Program-made: the position numbers and the translations under genes
Source of the DNA: a virus
Virus record (IMG/VR): IMGVR_UViG_3300027742_000009
Span: 1 to 64,000 of that record
Reading direction: 5' to 3' (one strand)
DNA: 64,000 bases
Part shown: one piece after another, positions 35,124 to 44,165 of the stretch
Layout: every line of letters begins with the position of its first letter
How positions within the stretch are numbered: the first letter of the stretch is position 1
Notes under the pieces: model-generated
What the model was told of the DNA's origin: nothing
The model's database searches: none
What the model saw: the letters and a program-made list of their open reading frames with translations, nothing else

Positions 35124-36270
35124 AATGAATAAAGTATTATGGTGGGCACCCACACCTTGGGAACATGACGGTGGAGCTGTAGTAGATTATTATCTTTGGC
35201 AAGAGATGAACTTTCAAAAACCAGAACTTGAAATGCATGTTATACCAAAAGTATGGGGACAAGCAACACCAGAACAAATGCCCTATTTGAAGTGGCATTC
35301 AGTAGGAACCAAATACTTTGGGGAAATTCCTAAAAAAATACCACAAATAATGAAAAAACACAAGATAGACACTCTTATTATGTTTCATATTCCTTGGGAG
35401 TATTTCCCAATAATAGATGAAGTTCATAAAATGGGGGGACAAGTTATAAACCATCAAACTATACATTGGCGTAATGATGTGTTGTTTATGAGTGATAAAC
35501 TTCATGATTTTGACTGGTGGGTTCCGCCTACTCAATATGCTAAGAATGTTCTGGCTGAAGTTGGCGGAGTAGATAAAAGTAAAATGTTGGTGATTCCACA
35601 TGGAGTTGATATGTATAGATTTTTCGCTCATGGCACACAGTTCCGTGATAGTCTAAGACTTAAACCTAACCAGAAGGTAATATTATTTGTTGGAAGAGCA
35701 CAATTGACTAAGGGAATTGTTCCTATGATGTTAGCCACAAGAAAATTGTGTAATGATTTTAACTGTCACGTAGTGTTTAAAGCGGGGGTTCATGGTGGAG
35801 TTACTAAAGCAAGGGAAATGGCTTATTTGCTTAATAAAATGACCACATGGGACAAACGAATACACTTCCTACCAAACTGGTATTCAACAGATTTTGCAGA
35901 AGATTTAATAGCAAGTTGTGACATTCTAGCTTGTCCAAGTGGACATGAAGGATTCAGTCTTCCACCGTTGGAAGCAATGGCTTGCGGTAAACCAGTAGCA
36001 GTAACGGATATTCCAGTTCATAGGGAACTGATTGGTGGACAAGGCAAGTGTGGATTGTTAATGCCACCTTCAGACCATACTGAATATGTTAATGATGTTC
36101 AAAGTGTTACTGTTCCAAACAAGGATATGATTTATGGAACGTTAAAGTGGCTGTTGGAGAATCCAGATGAGGCGGAAGTTATGGGACAGAATGGATTAGC
36201 AAGAGTTAAGAAATATTACGATTTGGAAAAGATAAGCGGAGATTGGATTAAATTATTGGAGAAATTATAA
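35110..36270 (+). CDS. glycosyltransferase, GT-B fold (GT4-like)
   Basis: CPSGHEGFSLPPLEAMACGKPVAVTD. Confidence 0.75.
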   Translation: MEPCKMNKVLWWAPTPWEHDGGAVVDYYLWQEMNFQKPELEMHVIPKVWGQATPEQMPYLKWHSVGTKYFGEIPKKIPQIMKKHKIDTLIMFHIPWEYFPIIDEVHKMGGQVINHQTIHWRNDVLFMSDKLHDFDWWVPPTQYAKNVLAEVGGVDKSKMLVIPHGVDMYRFFAHGTQFRDSLRLKPNQKVILFVGRAQLTKGIVPMMLATRKLCNDFNCHVVFKAGVHGGVTKAREMAYLLNKMTTWDKRIHFLPNWYSTDFAEDLIASCDILACPSGHEGFSLPPLEAMACGKPVAVTDIPVHRELIGGQGKCGLLMPPSDHTEYVNDVQSVTVPNKDMIYGTLKWLLENPDEAEVMGQNGLARVKKYYDLEKISGDWIKLLEKL

Positions 36271-37152
36271 ATGAGGATTTTGTATTTTTATAGAGGAAGA
36301 GAAAATTATCATCCAGCTTGGGATTCACTAAGGAAAAGCCTAAGTGAAATAGCAAATGTAACTCAGTTGGAAGCGGGACTAGAATATGATGGAGAAAAAC
36401 TGGTTAGACAAATTAATCCAGAAATTCTTGTTATTGGGGCTTCCTCGATAAGAACATGTAAACTTATAAGAAATCTGGATAAAGTGAAAATACCAAAAGT
36501 TATATATACAATTCATGAGTTTATATTTTTGGATGACTATATAAAATTTATAAATGATAAACAAATTGATTTAGTTATGACGACAGATTTGAAAGAATCA
36601 TATCTAGGCAAAGTTCACTCATGTTTAGTTAAAAATTGCTTTCCTTCAGTAGATGAAAACCATTTTAAAGATTATGGTTTAAAACGAAAGTGGGATGTTT
36701 ATTATTCTGGACTAAACAAGTTCCGTTTTAGTGATTATCCATTAAGAGTTAAGATTGTAAGAAGTTTACTTCAAAAACCAAACATTAAAAGTTTTGTTAC
36801 GTTTGATTTTACTTCTCCGCTTGAATACGCTAAAGAATTAAGTCAAGCTAAAATAACCGCTTTCGGAAATAGTATTTATCATGCATTAACTATGCGGATG
36901 ACTCAAGCATGGGCAAGTAAAACATTGGTTATGTGTGATATGCCTAAAGTTGGATTAGAAGCGGGCATGAAACCAAACTATAATTTTGTAGAGATTAATG
37001 AAGAAAACTTTCTTGAGAAAATTGAATATTACTTAAAGAATGAGAAAGAAAGAAAACGGATAATTGAGAATGGATATGTTGAAGTTATAAATCATCATAC
37101 TTCTGATATTAGGGCTAAGGAACTTCTAAAATTATTTGAGGAGATTATATAA
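36271..37152 (+). CDS. CgeB-like glycosyltransferase (Glyco_trans_1_2/DUF3880-like), paralogue A
   Basis: AKITAFGNSIYHALTMRMTQAWASKTLVMCD and the C-terminus YYLKNEKERKRIIENGY..HHTSDIRAKELL. Collinear with 41742-42671. Confidence 0.5.
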   Translation: MRILYFYRGRENYHPAWDSLRKSLSEIANVTQLEAGLEYDGEKLVRQINPEILVIGASSIRTCKLIRNLDKVKIPKVIYTIHEFIFLDDYIKFINDKQIDLVMTTDLKESYLGKVHSCLVKNCFPSVDENHFKDYGLKRKWDVYYSGLNKFRFSDYPLRVKIVRSLLQKPNIKSFVTFDFTSPLEYAKELSQAKITAFGNSIYHALTMRMTQAWASKTLVMCDMPKVGLEAGMKPNYNFVEINEENFLEKIEYYLKNEKERKRIIENGYVEVINHHTSDIRAKELLKLFEEII

Positions 37153-37770
37153 ATGAAAATGGATTATATAGATAAGATTGGGATAGAGAAAGAATTCTGG
37201 CTTGTAGATAAGGATGGAGTTATCCAAGAGCCAGCCATCTTTAATTTTCCATATGACGAGTATGGATTTCTAGTAGAACTCAGAACAAAAGCTTGTATGA
37301 ATACAAAGGTTCTTTTAACAGATTTCAATCAGCGTGTTCATTTGTTAAAAGTGAAAGCAAAAATACTCGCCTTTAAATTATCTGATGCTCCACAGATGTC
37401 TATACCAGAATTTTTCCTTGAGTATTTATCTCCTAAGTATAAGTATGGGTCTCTTCAAGATTTAACTGCTAACATTCATACTGGCGTAAAATGTTCTCAT
37501 GCTACTGGAGTATTTGAAGATTATTTGACGGCTGGGATGCATGTTCACTTTAGCAGACATGACCAGTTTGGTAGGAGAGTTCAACTTCCGATAGAAATTA
37601 TTGTTCGTAAAATGGATTGGGATTTTAGAAGTGTAATTATGGAAGCCAATCGGATACTTGGTGAATACGAAATTAAGTCTCATGGTTTCGAATATAGAAG
37701 TTTACCAGCAAATGCTCCAATAGAAAAAGTAGTTAAGAGAGCATTTAAAATATTGGAGAGTTGCAAATGA
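37153..37770 (+). CDS. amidoligase / carboxylate-amine ligase-like (GS/GCS2 fold)
   Basis: GIEKEFWLVD, GFLVELRT, GMHVHFS and GFEYRSLP follow the GxExEf ... ElR ... HVH ... E.R order of GCS2/Amidoligase_2 proteins. Confidence 0.5.
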   Translation: MKMDYIDKIGIEKEFWLVDKDGVIQEPAIFNFPYDEYGFLVELRTKACMNTKVLLTDFNQRVHLLKVKAKILAFKLSDAPQMSIPEFFLEYLSPKYKYGSLQDLTANIHTGVKCSHATGVFEDYLTAGMHVHFSRHDQFGRRVQLPIEIIVRKMDWDFRSVIMEANRILGEYEIKSHGFEYRSLPANAPIEKVVKRAFKILESCK

Positions 37771-38579
37771 CCAGAATTGGGTGGGTAGCTGACCATTTCT
37801 ATCCTCATGTTAAACGTGGGGCTGAATTACATACTAGAATATTAATTGAGGAAGGCAAACGTAGAGGATATGATATTGTAGAATGTGAAGGAAAGATAGT
37901 TAAGGATGTTGACTTGTATATTGTTGGAACTTGCGTTGACAACTTTAACGCTGGAGAATTACTTGCTTACTTATCAAGGAAACCTTATGTTAATATGGAA
38001 CATGACTTGCGTGCTCCACATATGGCTTGGTATAAAATGTTTGCTAGTCAAGCTTTAATTAATGTTTTTAGAAGTCCATTGCACGTTCAAATAATAAACA
38101 GAATTTCTGGAAATTACAAGCATTTCTTACATCCAAATTGTATTCCAGAACAATTTAAAGACTTAGGATTAAAACGTAAACCTAAAAATCAAGTGTTATA
38201 TGCTGGAGATTATAGTTGGGAGAAAGGATATAGAGGATTGCTTGATTGGATAGAGAGCCATCCTAAAGCTACTCTCTGGCATTATGGGGCTGGCTTTCCA
38301 AAGAAACACTCAAGGATGAAAGAAATGGGACAGACTAGCTATGAAGAAATGCCGAAAATCTATAATCAGTTTCAGTCAATGATTTTCTTGCCTAATTACC
38401 CGCAAGCTTGCTGTAGAATTATGTGTGAAGCCTTCTTATGTAAAGTCCAAAACATTATAACCAATGACAAGTCTGGCTTTATGAGCTACAACTTCAAAAT
38501 GAAGGATTATGAGAAGGTTAGAGAATTACTTGTTAATGGACATAAAAAATGGTGGAATAAAGTAAAGGAATTTATATGA
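37761..38579 (+). CDS. GT-B-like glycosyltransferase (degenerate)
   Basis: C-terminal half PNYPQACCRIMCEAFLCKVQNIITND resembles a divergent E-x7-E region. Likely start ATG 37767 (ATGA overlap). Confidence 0.35.
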   Translation: MQMTRIGWVADHFYPHVKRGAELHTRILIEEGKRRGYDIVECEGKIVKDVDLYIVGTCVDNFNAGELLAYLSRKPYVNMEHDLRAPHMAWYKMFASQALINVFRSPLHVQIINRISGNYKHFLHPNCIPEQFKDLGLKRKPKNQVLYAGDYSWEKGYRGLLDWIESHPKATLWHYGAGFPKKHSRMKEMGQTSYEEMPKIYNQFQSMIFLPNYPQACCRIMCEAFLCKVQNIITNDKSGFMSYNFKMKDYEKVRELLVNGHKKWWNKVKEFI

Positions 38580-39463
38580 GTAAGTTAAGCGTTCTTATTG
38601 CAATTGACTACTGGGGATGGGCATTTGATTTTGTTAGTAGAGGAATCCAAAAATATAGTAAACATAATGTAACGGTTAAACGATGGAATGAAATAGACAT
38701 TTTCGACTTTAGAAAACACGATGTTTTTTTCAGCATGAATGATAGTTGTTGGTTTTGTATGAACAATAAAAATAAAGAAATAATTAATAGATTGAAAATT
38801 AGAAGATGTGTAGGTATTCGTGGATGGAAAGGAAAACATGCAAACCGTATTTTGAAGGGTTGGATAATTGGTTGTGTGAACCAGAAAATTTATGATGATT
38901 TAATGAAAGAAAAAAACTTACCAGTTAAAGGGGTTTATCTTACTCGTAATGGAGTTGACACAGAAATTTTCAAGTCGGTAGATAGACCAGAAAAAAGATT
39001 TGTTGTTGGTTGGGCTGGAAATTCACATCGTCCTGAAAAACGCTTTTCTCTTCTGCGAGATGTTGATTTTCCATTGTTAGTCCAAAACAAACACGACAAT
39101 AAATATCGTGTTAAAGGAAGAAGCAGAGATGAAATGATTGTTTTTTATAATAAGATAGATTGTTTTGTAAATGTTAGTAGTGGCGAGGGAATGCCCCAAA
39201 CTATATTAGAAGCCGCCGCTACTAGACTTCCAATTGTTGTAACTGATGTTGGTGGAATGTCAGAGTTTATAGATGAAAAATGGATTATTCCAGCCTTTCC
39301 AGTAAAAACTTGCATAAAAACATTAAATGAGAAACTTCAAATTTTAAAAGATAATCCGAAATTACGGTTTGAAGTTGGAAATAAGAATCTTCGGAAGGTT
39401 TTAAATAAGTGGGATTGGAAGTATATAGTAGAGGATTATGACCGAATGTTTGAGGGAGCATGA
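38576..39463 (+). CDS. glycosyltransferase, GT-B fold (GT4-like)
   Basis: VNVSSGEGMPQTILEAAATRLPIVVTD. Confidence 0.65.
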   Translation: MSKLSVLIAIDYWGWAFDFVSRGIQKYSKHNVTVKRWNEIDIFDFRKHDVFFSMNDSCWFCMNNKNKEIINRLKIRRCVGIRGWKGKHANRILKGWIIGCVNQKIYDDLMKEKNLPVKGVYLTRNGVDTEIFKSVDRPEKRFVVGWAGNSHRPEKRFSLLRDVDFPLLVQNKHDNKYRVKGRSRDEMIVFYNKIDCFVNVSSGEGMPQTILEAAATRLPIVVTDVGGMSEFIDEKWIIPAFPVKTCIKTLNEKLQILKDNPKLRFEVGNKNLRKVLNKWDWKYIVEDYDRMFEGA

Positions 39464-40710
39464 TGTATCCATATCAAAAGAAAGTTTATAATTTAAGTTT
39501 TCTGATTGAAAGTCAATATTGGAGTCCAGAACGACTTCGTGAATTACAATTAGAAGGATTTAAGGCTATAGTTAGTCATGCTAGAAAACATTGTCTTTAC
39601 TATCGGGATTTACCGATAATAAAAGACATTGACGATATTAAAAACATTCCAATACTAACTAAAGCAAATATAAGAAAACATTTTAACGATTTGCATATTA
39701 GTAATGTTCCTTCTAAAGTTATGGAAACTGGCGGAACAATAAGCAGAGTAAAAATTGCACAAGACAATCTTTTATTTAAGCGAATTGGAAAACAAAGGTT
39801 TGAGTCGTGGTATAGAACATCTATTAGGAGAATTGCTCATCTCTGGGGAAGTATTGAGGGGAAACAATTTAATTATGATGGAAATAAATTATGGATGCCA
39901 GTTGAACTTTTAACAAATCAAGATATGGCAAAAAAATACTTGGATAAATTAGTTGAAATGAAACCAGATATGCTTCACGGCTATGCTCTTCCATTAGTTA
40001 CTTTAGCTCACTATGCCAACAAACTAAACATTCATCCATATTGCAAAGTTATAAAAAGCGAATGTGAAACTTTAACCTCTATTATGAGAAAGGAAATCGA
40101 AGAAGCATTCCCAACTAAGTATGGCTTGTTTAATTTTTATGGAAGTAGAGATTTAGCTAGTATGGCTCAAGACTGTAGGAGACATAATGGATTACATTTG
40201 TTTGATGAACGATTTATTACAGAAGTAGTTGATGGAAGATTTTTATTTACGGATTTAATGAATTATGCTTTTCCTCTTATTCGATATGAAAATCAAGACA
40301 TAGGAGAATTTACTATTAAACCATGTAAATGTGGACGGGGATTAAAAACTATTTATCCAGTAATTGGAAGAGTCCTTCACTATATTAAAACGAAAGGTAA
40401 TTCTTGGGTTACAGCCTTCATATTTTATCTTCCAATAAACTACTATGATATTCATCACGGAACAAATATTTTCGGATGGATTGAATCATTCCAAATTAGA
40501 CAAAGAGAAGCTGGAAAAATAACTTTATTGTTTAAGCCTTGGGATGGAGAGAAGCCACCAAAAAATCTTGATAAAACCAAACAAATTTTAGACCAGCATA
40601 TTAAAAAAGAAAACTTTGATTATAACATTGAAATAGTAGATAAAATTCCCTTGAGTAAAAGCGGAAAACAAATAAGTGTTGATACGACTTTAATGAGAGA
40701 GTGGAAATAA
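39460..40710 (+). CDS. adenylate-forming enzyme, PaaK/CapK/F390-synthetase-like
   Basis: Size, METGGTISR (P-loop-like SSGTTG position) and C-terminal lysine context IPLSKSGKQ. This architecture recurs in capsule gene clusters. Confidence 0.45.
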   Translation: MMYPYQKKVYNLSFLIESQYWSPERLRELQLEGFKAIVSHARKHCLYYRDLPIIKDIDDIKNIPILTKANIRKHFNDLHISNVPSKVMETGGTISRVKIAQDNLLFKRIGKQRFESWYRTSIRRIAHLWGSIEGKQFNYDGNKLWMPVELLTNQDMAKKYLDKLVEMKPDMLHGYALPLVTLAHYANKLNIHPYCKVIKSECETLTSIMRKEIEEAFPTKYGLFNFYGSRDLASMAQDCRRHNGLHLFDERFITEVVDGRFLFTDLMNYAFPLIRYENQDIGEFTIKPCKCGRGLKTIYPVIGRVLHYIKTKGNSWVTAFIFYLPINYYDIHHGTNIFGWIESFQIRQREAGKITLLFKPWDGEKPPKNLDKTKQILDQHIKKENFDYNIEIVDKIPLSKSGKQISVDTTLMREWK

Positions 40711-41163
40711 ATGTTTGAGGTTTTAGATGTTGGTTGTGGAACCCATCCAAAAGGAGATGTCAATGTTGATTTGTATGTAACAGTAAAAGAACGTAAGACT
40801 CAAACATTTGTTGATGTAAAGTTTATTGAAACAAAAAATTTGGTTAAGGCAGATGCTCATCACTTACCTTTTAAAAATGAAACCTTCGATAAGATAATTT
40901 GTAGTCACACAATTGAACATTTATTACAGCCATATATAGCTTTAAAAGAAATGTATAGAGTTTTAAAACCAAATCACCTTTTATTTTTAGATTTGCCTAA
41001 TTCATTTTTACTTTTAAAGACTGGCAAGGTTGAACATCTAACACATTTCTATTCTTGGACTCCAAGTTCTCTATCACACTTACTTGAACAAATAGGATTT
41101 AAAATATATCGCACAACTGAAGTTGTGCATCGAATAAACATGCAAGTGGTAGCTAAGAAATGA
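40711..41163 (+). CDS. class I SAM-dependent methyltransferase
   Basis: VLDVGCGTHPKGD (motif I) and HHLPFKNETFDKIICSHTIEHL. Confidence 0.75.
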   Translation: MFEVLDVGCGTHPKGDVNVDLYVTVKERKTQTFVDVKFIETKNLVKADAHHLPFKNETFDKIICSHTIEHLLQPYIALKEMYRVLKPNHLLFLDLPNSFLLLKTGKVEHLTHFYSWTPSSLSHLLEQIGFKIYRTTEVVHRINMQVVAKK

Positions 41164-41738
41164 TGGAAATAGTAGGATTAGAAGTTCATGTTGAACGCTG
41201 TTCTCAACCAGAAGTTTATGGTCAAATTAAAAGATGGGTATTGACTCATCATTCAGTAAGATTATTGTTTGTAGGTACTGGTAAATATCGTCCTTCTTGT
41301 AAACAATTAAATGCATTAGCAAAAATATCTCCAATAGGACTACATACACATTTAGCATTCTTTTCTATCAAAGACCAAATTGAACATTTTCGAAAGATAA
41401 AAGAGTCTTTCGCAAAGAAAGCCGAGATTTTAACAGATATAATGGATTCAAAAACCTATGAATATCAATATGCTAAAATTAAAACTGGATTGGATTATTT
41501 TAATGATTGTGGATTAAAAAATATAACACATTTTACTGCTGGTAACTTCTGCTTTAACAAGGATACTATAAAAGCTTGTCATTTGCTAGGATTAACCAAC
41601 TTTCATTGGACTATTTATCCAAATTGGAGCAATAAAACTAAAGACAGAATAAAAAATCTTGTAACATGGGGAAAAAACACATATAAAGACATGGAATTTA
41701 TTTATGTGAAAGCATGGGTACACGATAGGAGTCTGTAA
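41160..41738 (+). CDS. hypothetical protein (possible polysaccharide deacetylase-like)
   Basis: GLHTHLAF and FTAGNFCFNKDTIKACHLLG; weak resemblance only. Confidence 0.3.
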   Translation: MMEIVGLEVHVERCSQPEVYGQIKRWVLTHHSVRLLFVGTGKYRPSCKQLNALAKISPIGLHTHLAFFSIKDQIEHFRKIKESFAKKAEILTDIMDSKTYEYQYAKIKTGLDYFNDCGLKNITHFTAGNFCFNKDTIKACHLLGLTNFHWTIYPNWSNKTKDRIKNLVTWGKNTYKDMEFIYVKAWVHDRSL

Positions 41739-41741
41739 GAA

Positions 41742-42671
41742 ATGAAAATTGTTTGGCTTGGACATAACATGAAAAGGAGAATTCCATTCTCGCCTTATTC
41801 TTATTGTATGCAAGTAGAAATGAGCAAGTTGGCTAACGTGGTTTTTTATGGGGGGGGTGGCGGTAAGTTTATTCCAGAGTTTGACGTGGAAAAAATAGTG
41901 GGTAAGGAACAGCCAGACGTTCTTGTATTTTTTAATAACCAAAAATCATTCGTCAATATAAGCAAAGTGAAAACTCCCAAGTATTGCAAATGTAGTGACC
42001 CACATGAACCAAACTTTTCAAGGCATATTGTCTTCATAAATAAATATAAGGCAGATTTAACTTCGATATGTTGTTGTGAAGGGATTATGGAGAAGTATAA
42101 AGCAAAGACAAAACAGAGAATAGTCTATCTGCCAGATGCTACATGTTCTGCTTTCTTCAAAGATTTGGGGTTAAAGCGAGATTTGGATGTTTACTTTGCT
42201 GGTTCTTCCAATCATAAAACTTACCCTCTGAGAGCCAGATTAATAACCAAGCTTTCTAAAGAGAAACAAATAAAGTTTCTTCTGCGACATAGTGAAGTTC
42301 AAAATGTTTCTGAAGTAGAATGGGAACACCAATTAACACGATATGTTATAGAACTTAATAGAGCAAAAATAACACCATTTGGAACAAGTATTTACAATTA
42401 TGCGTTAAGAAGATTTGGTGAGGGAATGGCGTGTAACTCTTTAGTGTTGGCTCCAGTTCCAAAAGATGCTAATTTCTTACATTTTATTCCCAATAAAAAC
42501 TTTATCCAAATTAACATGCTTAATTTCATGGAAAAAATTCACTATTATCTAAAACATGAAAATGAAAGAAAAACAATAGCTAAAAAGGGTTTAGAAACCA
42601 TCAAAAAATATCACACGGTTAAAATAAGAGCCAAACAATTATATGATTATTTGAGGGAGATAATTGAATAG
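41742..42671 (+). CDS. CgeB-like glycosyltransferase, paralogue B (contains a G8 tract)
   Basis: AKITPFGTSIYNYALRRFGEGMACNSLVLAP and HYYLKHENERKTIAKKGL..YHTVKIRAKQLY. T6 then G8 at 41842-41857 encodes FYGGGGG. Confidence 0.5.
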   Translation: MKIVWLGHNMKRRIPFSPYSYCMQVEMSKLANVVFYGGGGGKFIPEFDVEKIVGKEQPDVLVFFNNQKSFVNISKVKTPKYCKCSDPHEPNFSRHIVFINKYKADLTSICCCEGIMEKYKAKTKQRIVYLPDATCSAFFKDLGLKRDLDVYFAGSSNHKTYPLRARLITKLSKEKQIKFLLRHSEVQNVSEVEWEHQLTRYVIELNRAKITPFGTSIYNYALRRFGEGMACNSLVLAPVPKDANFLHFIPNKNFIQINMLNFMEKIHYYLKHENERKTIAKKGLETIKKYHTVKIRAKQLYDYLREIIE

Positions 42672-43296
42672 AAATGAATTTACACTAATCCATAACCAAA
42701 TAGTAAATAAACATAAAAATAAAAAATGGGATTGGAAATGGTTCCTAAATAAAGTTCTAAATCTGAAATGGAACAATAGATTTGGATGGTTTATAAGGAC
42801 AATTCCTAAATATTTAGAGGATGGAATGAAAGTTTTAGATATTGCTGGTGGATTTGGACATTTCGGAGTTTACCTTATGGTTATTGAAAATTACAAGATA
42901 GACTATGCCGTCTTTGATTTACCAGTTATGGAACCTATAACCAAAGATTATTTTAAAAGTTTTAAAGTAAAAGGTAAATTTATAAGTGGAGATATAACAG
43001 TACTACCAAATTTTTTCTCAGAACAATTTGATATGGTTTGGCTTTTTAGTTGGTGTCAAATTGGAAAAGTAAATTGTAAACAATTATTTTCAGAAATCTA
43101 TAAAATTTTAAAACCAAATGGGACATTTATGTTTAATATGGCTTACAAGAATTATCGAATTAAATTTTACCGTGAAGAAGAATTAATTAGACTTTTAAAC
43201 AAAATTGGATTTAAAGTTGAAATATTAGTTAAAGATGGTACATTTGCTCCAGATAACATGGTAGTGGCTTTAAAAAAAACCGAAAGCTTAAAATAA
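42664..43296 (+). CDS. class I SAM-dependent methyltransferase
   Basis: MKVLDIAGGFGHFGVYL (motif I); ILKPNGTFMF. Confidence 0.65.
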   Translation: MNRNEFTLIHNQIVNKHKNKKWDWKWFLNKVLNLKWNNRFGWFIRTIPKYLEDGMKVLDIAGGFGHFGVYLMVIENYKIDYAVFDLPVMEPITKDYFKSFKVKGKFISGDITVLPNFFSEQFDMVWLFSWCQIGKVNCKQLFSEIYKILKPNGTFMFNMAYKNYRIKFYREEELIRLLNKIGFKVEILVKDGTFAPDNMVVALKKTESLK

Positions 43297-43327
43297 GACT
43301 TGATATATAAATTATGGGGATGACAAA

Positions 43328-44128
43328 ATGTCCGAAAAAGAATCTTTTGAAGTTCATGAAGGATGGATAAAATCTAAAGTTAAAAAAGACAAGTGTCCAT
43401 TCTGTGACAATCCAAAGAAAAGTCATTGGTATTATGATGATGGAAATCTTGTAGTGGCTGACGATGCTGAAAAGCCCGATTGTCTAATTCTTTTTCCACT
43501 TGAACATTATCCTCAATGGGTTATTTTCGGAACAGAGAAAAGTCGTGAATATCTAAAATTATTGACTGGAATCGCAAGAGTTAAATGGGGAAGAAATGTA
43601 AAATATAAAATAGATTGGAAAACCAAAATATATGAACATGCACACATTCAATTAACTATGATAAAGCCTGAATGGATAAAAGGGAAAGGTATAATAGTTA
43701 CAGATGCTAAAGTTGGTAAGGGAACACAAGTTTGGCACTATGTCATTCTCTTTAAGTGTTCAATTGGGACAAATTGTATTATAGGTTCACATGCCGAGAT
43801 AGGTGGAAAAATTGGAAATGGCTGTAAAATTCAATACGGGGCTTTTATACCAAGAGGAGTAGTTTTAAGTGATGATGTTTTTATTGGACCAAATGTCACG
43901 TTTACAAACGACTATTTTCCAAGAGCATTAGGTAATTGGGAAATAGAACCAACCTATGTAGGGGAAGGGGCGAGTATTGGAGCAAATGCTACCATATGTT
44001 GTGGAATTACAATAGGTAAAAAGGCAATGGTTGGATGTGGAGCTGTTGTTATTAAAGACGTTCCAGACAATGCTAAGGTGGTTGGTAATCCAGCTAGGAT
44101 TATAGGATATGTAAAAGAAAATCCTTAA
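43328..44128 (+). CDS. hexapeptide-repeat (left-handed beta-helix) sugar acyltransferase with N-terminal extra domain
   Basis: Repeats [29 protein letters not shown]...[31 protein letters not shown]...[10 protein letters not shown]. Confidence 0.75.
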   Translation: MSEKESFEVHEGWIKSKVKKDKCPFCDNPKKSHWYYDDGNLVVADDAEKPDCLILFPLEHYPQWVIFGTEKSREYLKLLTGIARVKWGRNVKYKIDWKTKIYEHAHIQLTMIKPEWIKGKGIIVTDAKVGKGTQVWHYVILFKCSIGTNCIIGSHAEIGGKIGNGCKIQYGAFIPRGVVLSDDVFIGPNVTFTNDYFPRALGNWEIEPTYVGEGASIGANATICCGITIGKKAMVGCGAVVIKDVPDNAKVVGNPARIIGYVKENP

Positions 44129-44165
44129 ATAATAGAAGAGAGATAAGTATATAAGAGGAATAACT

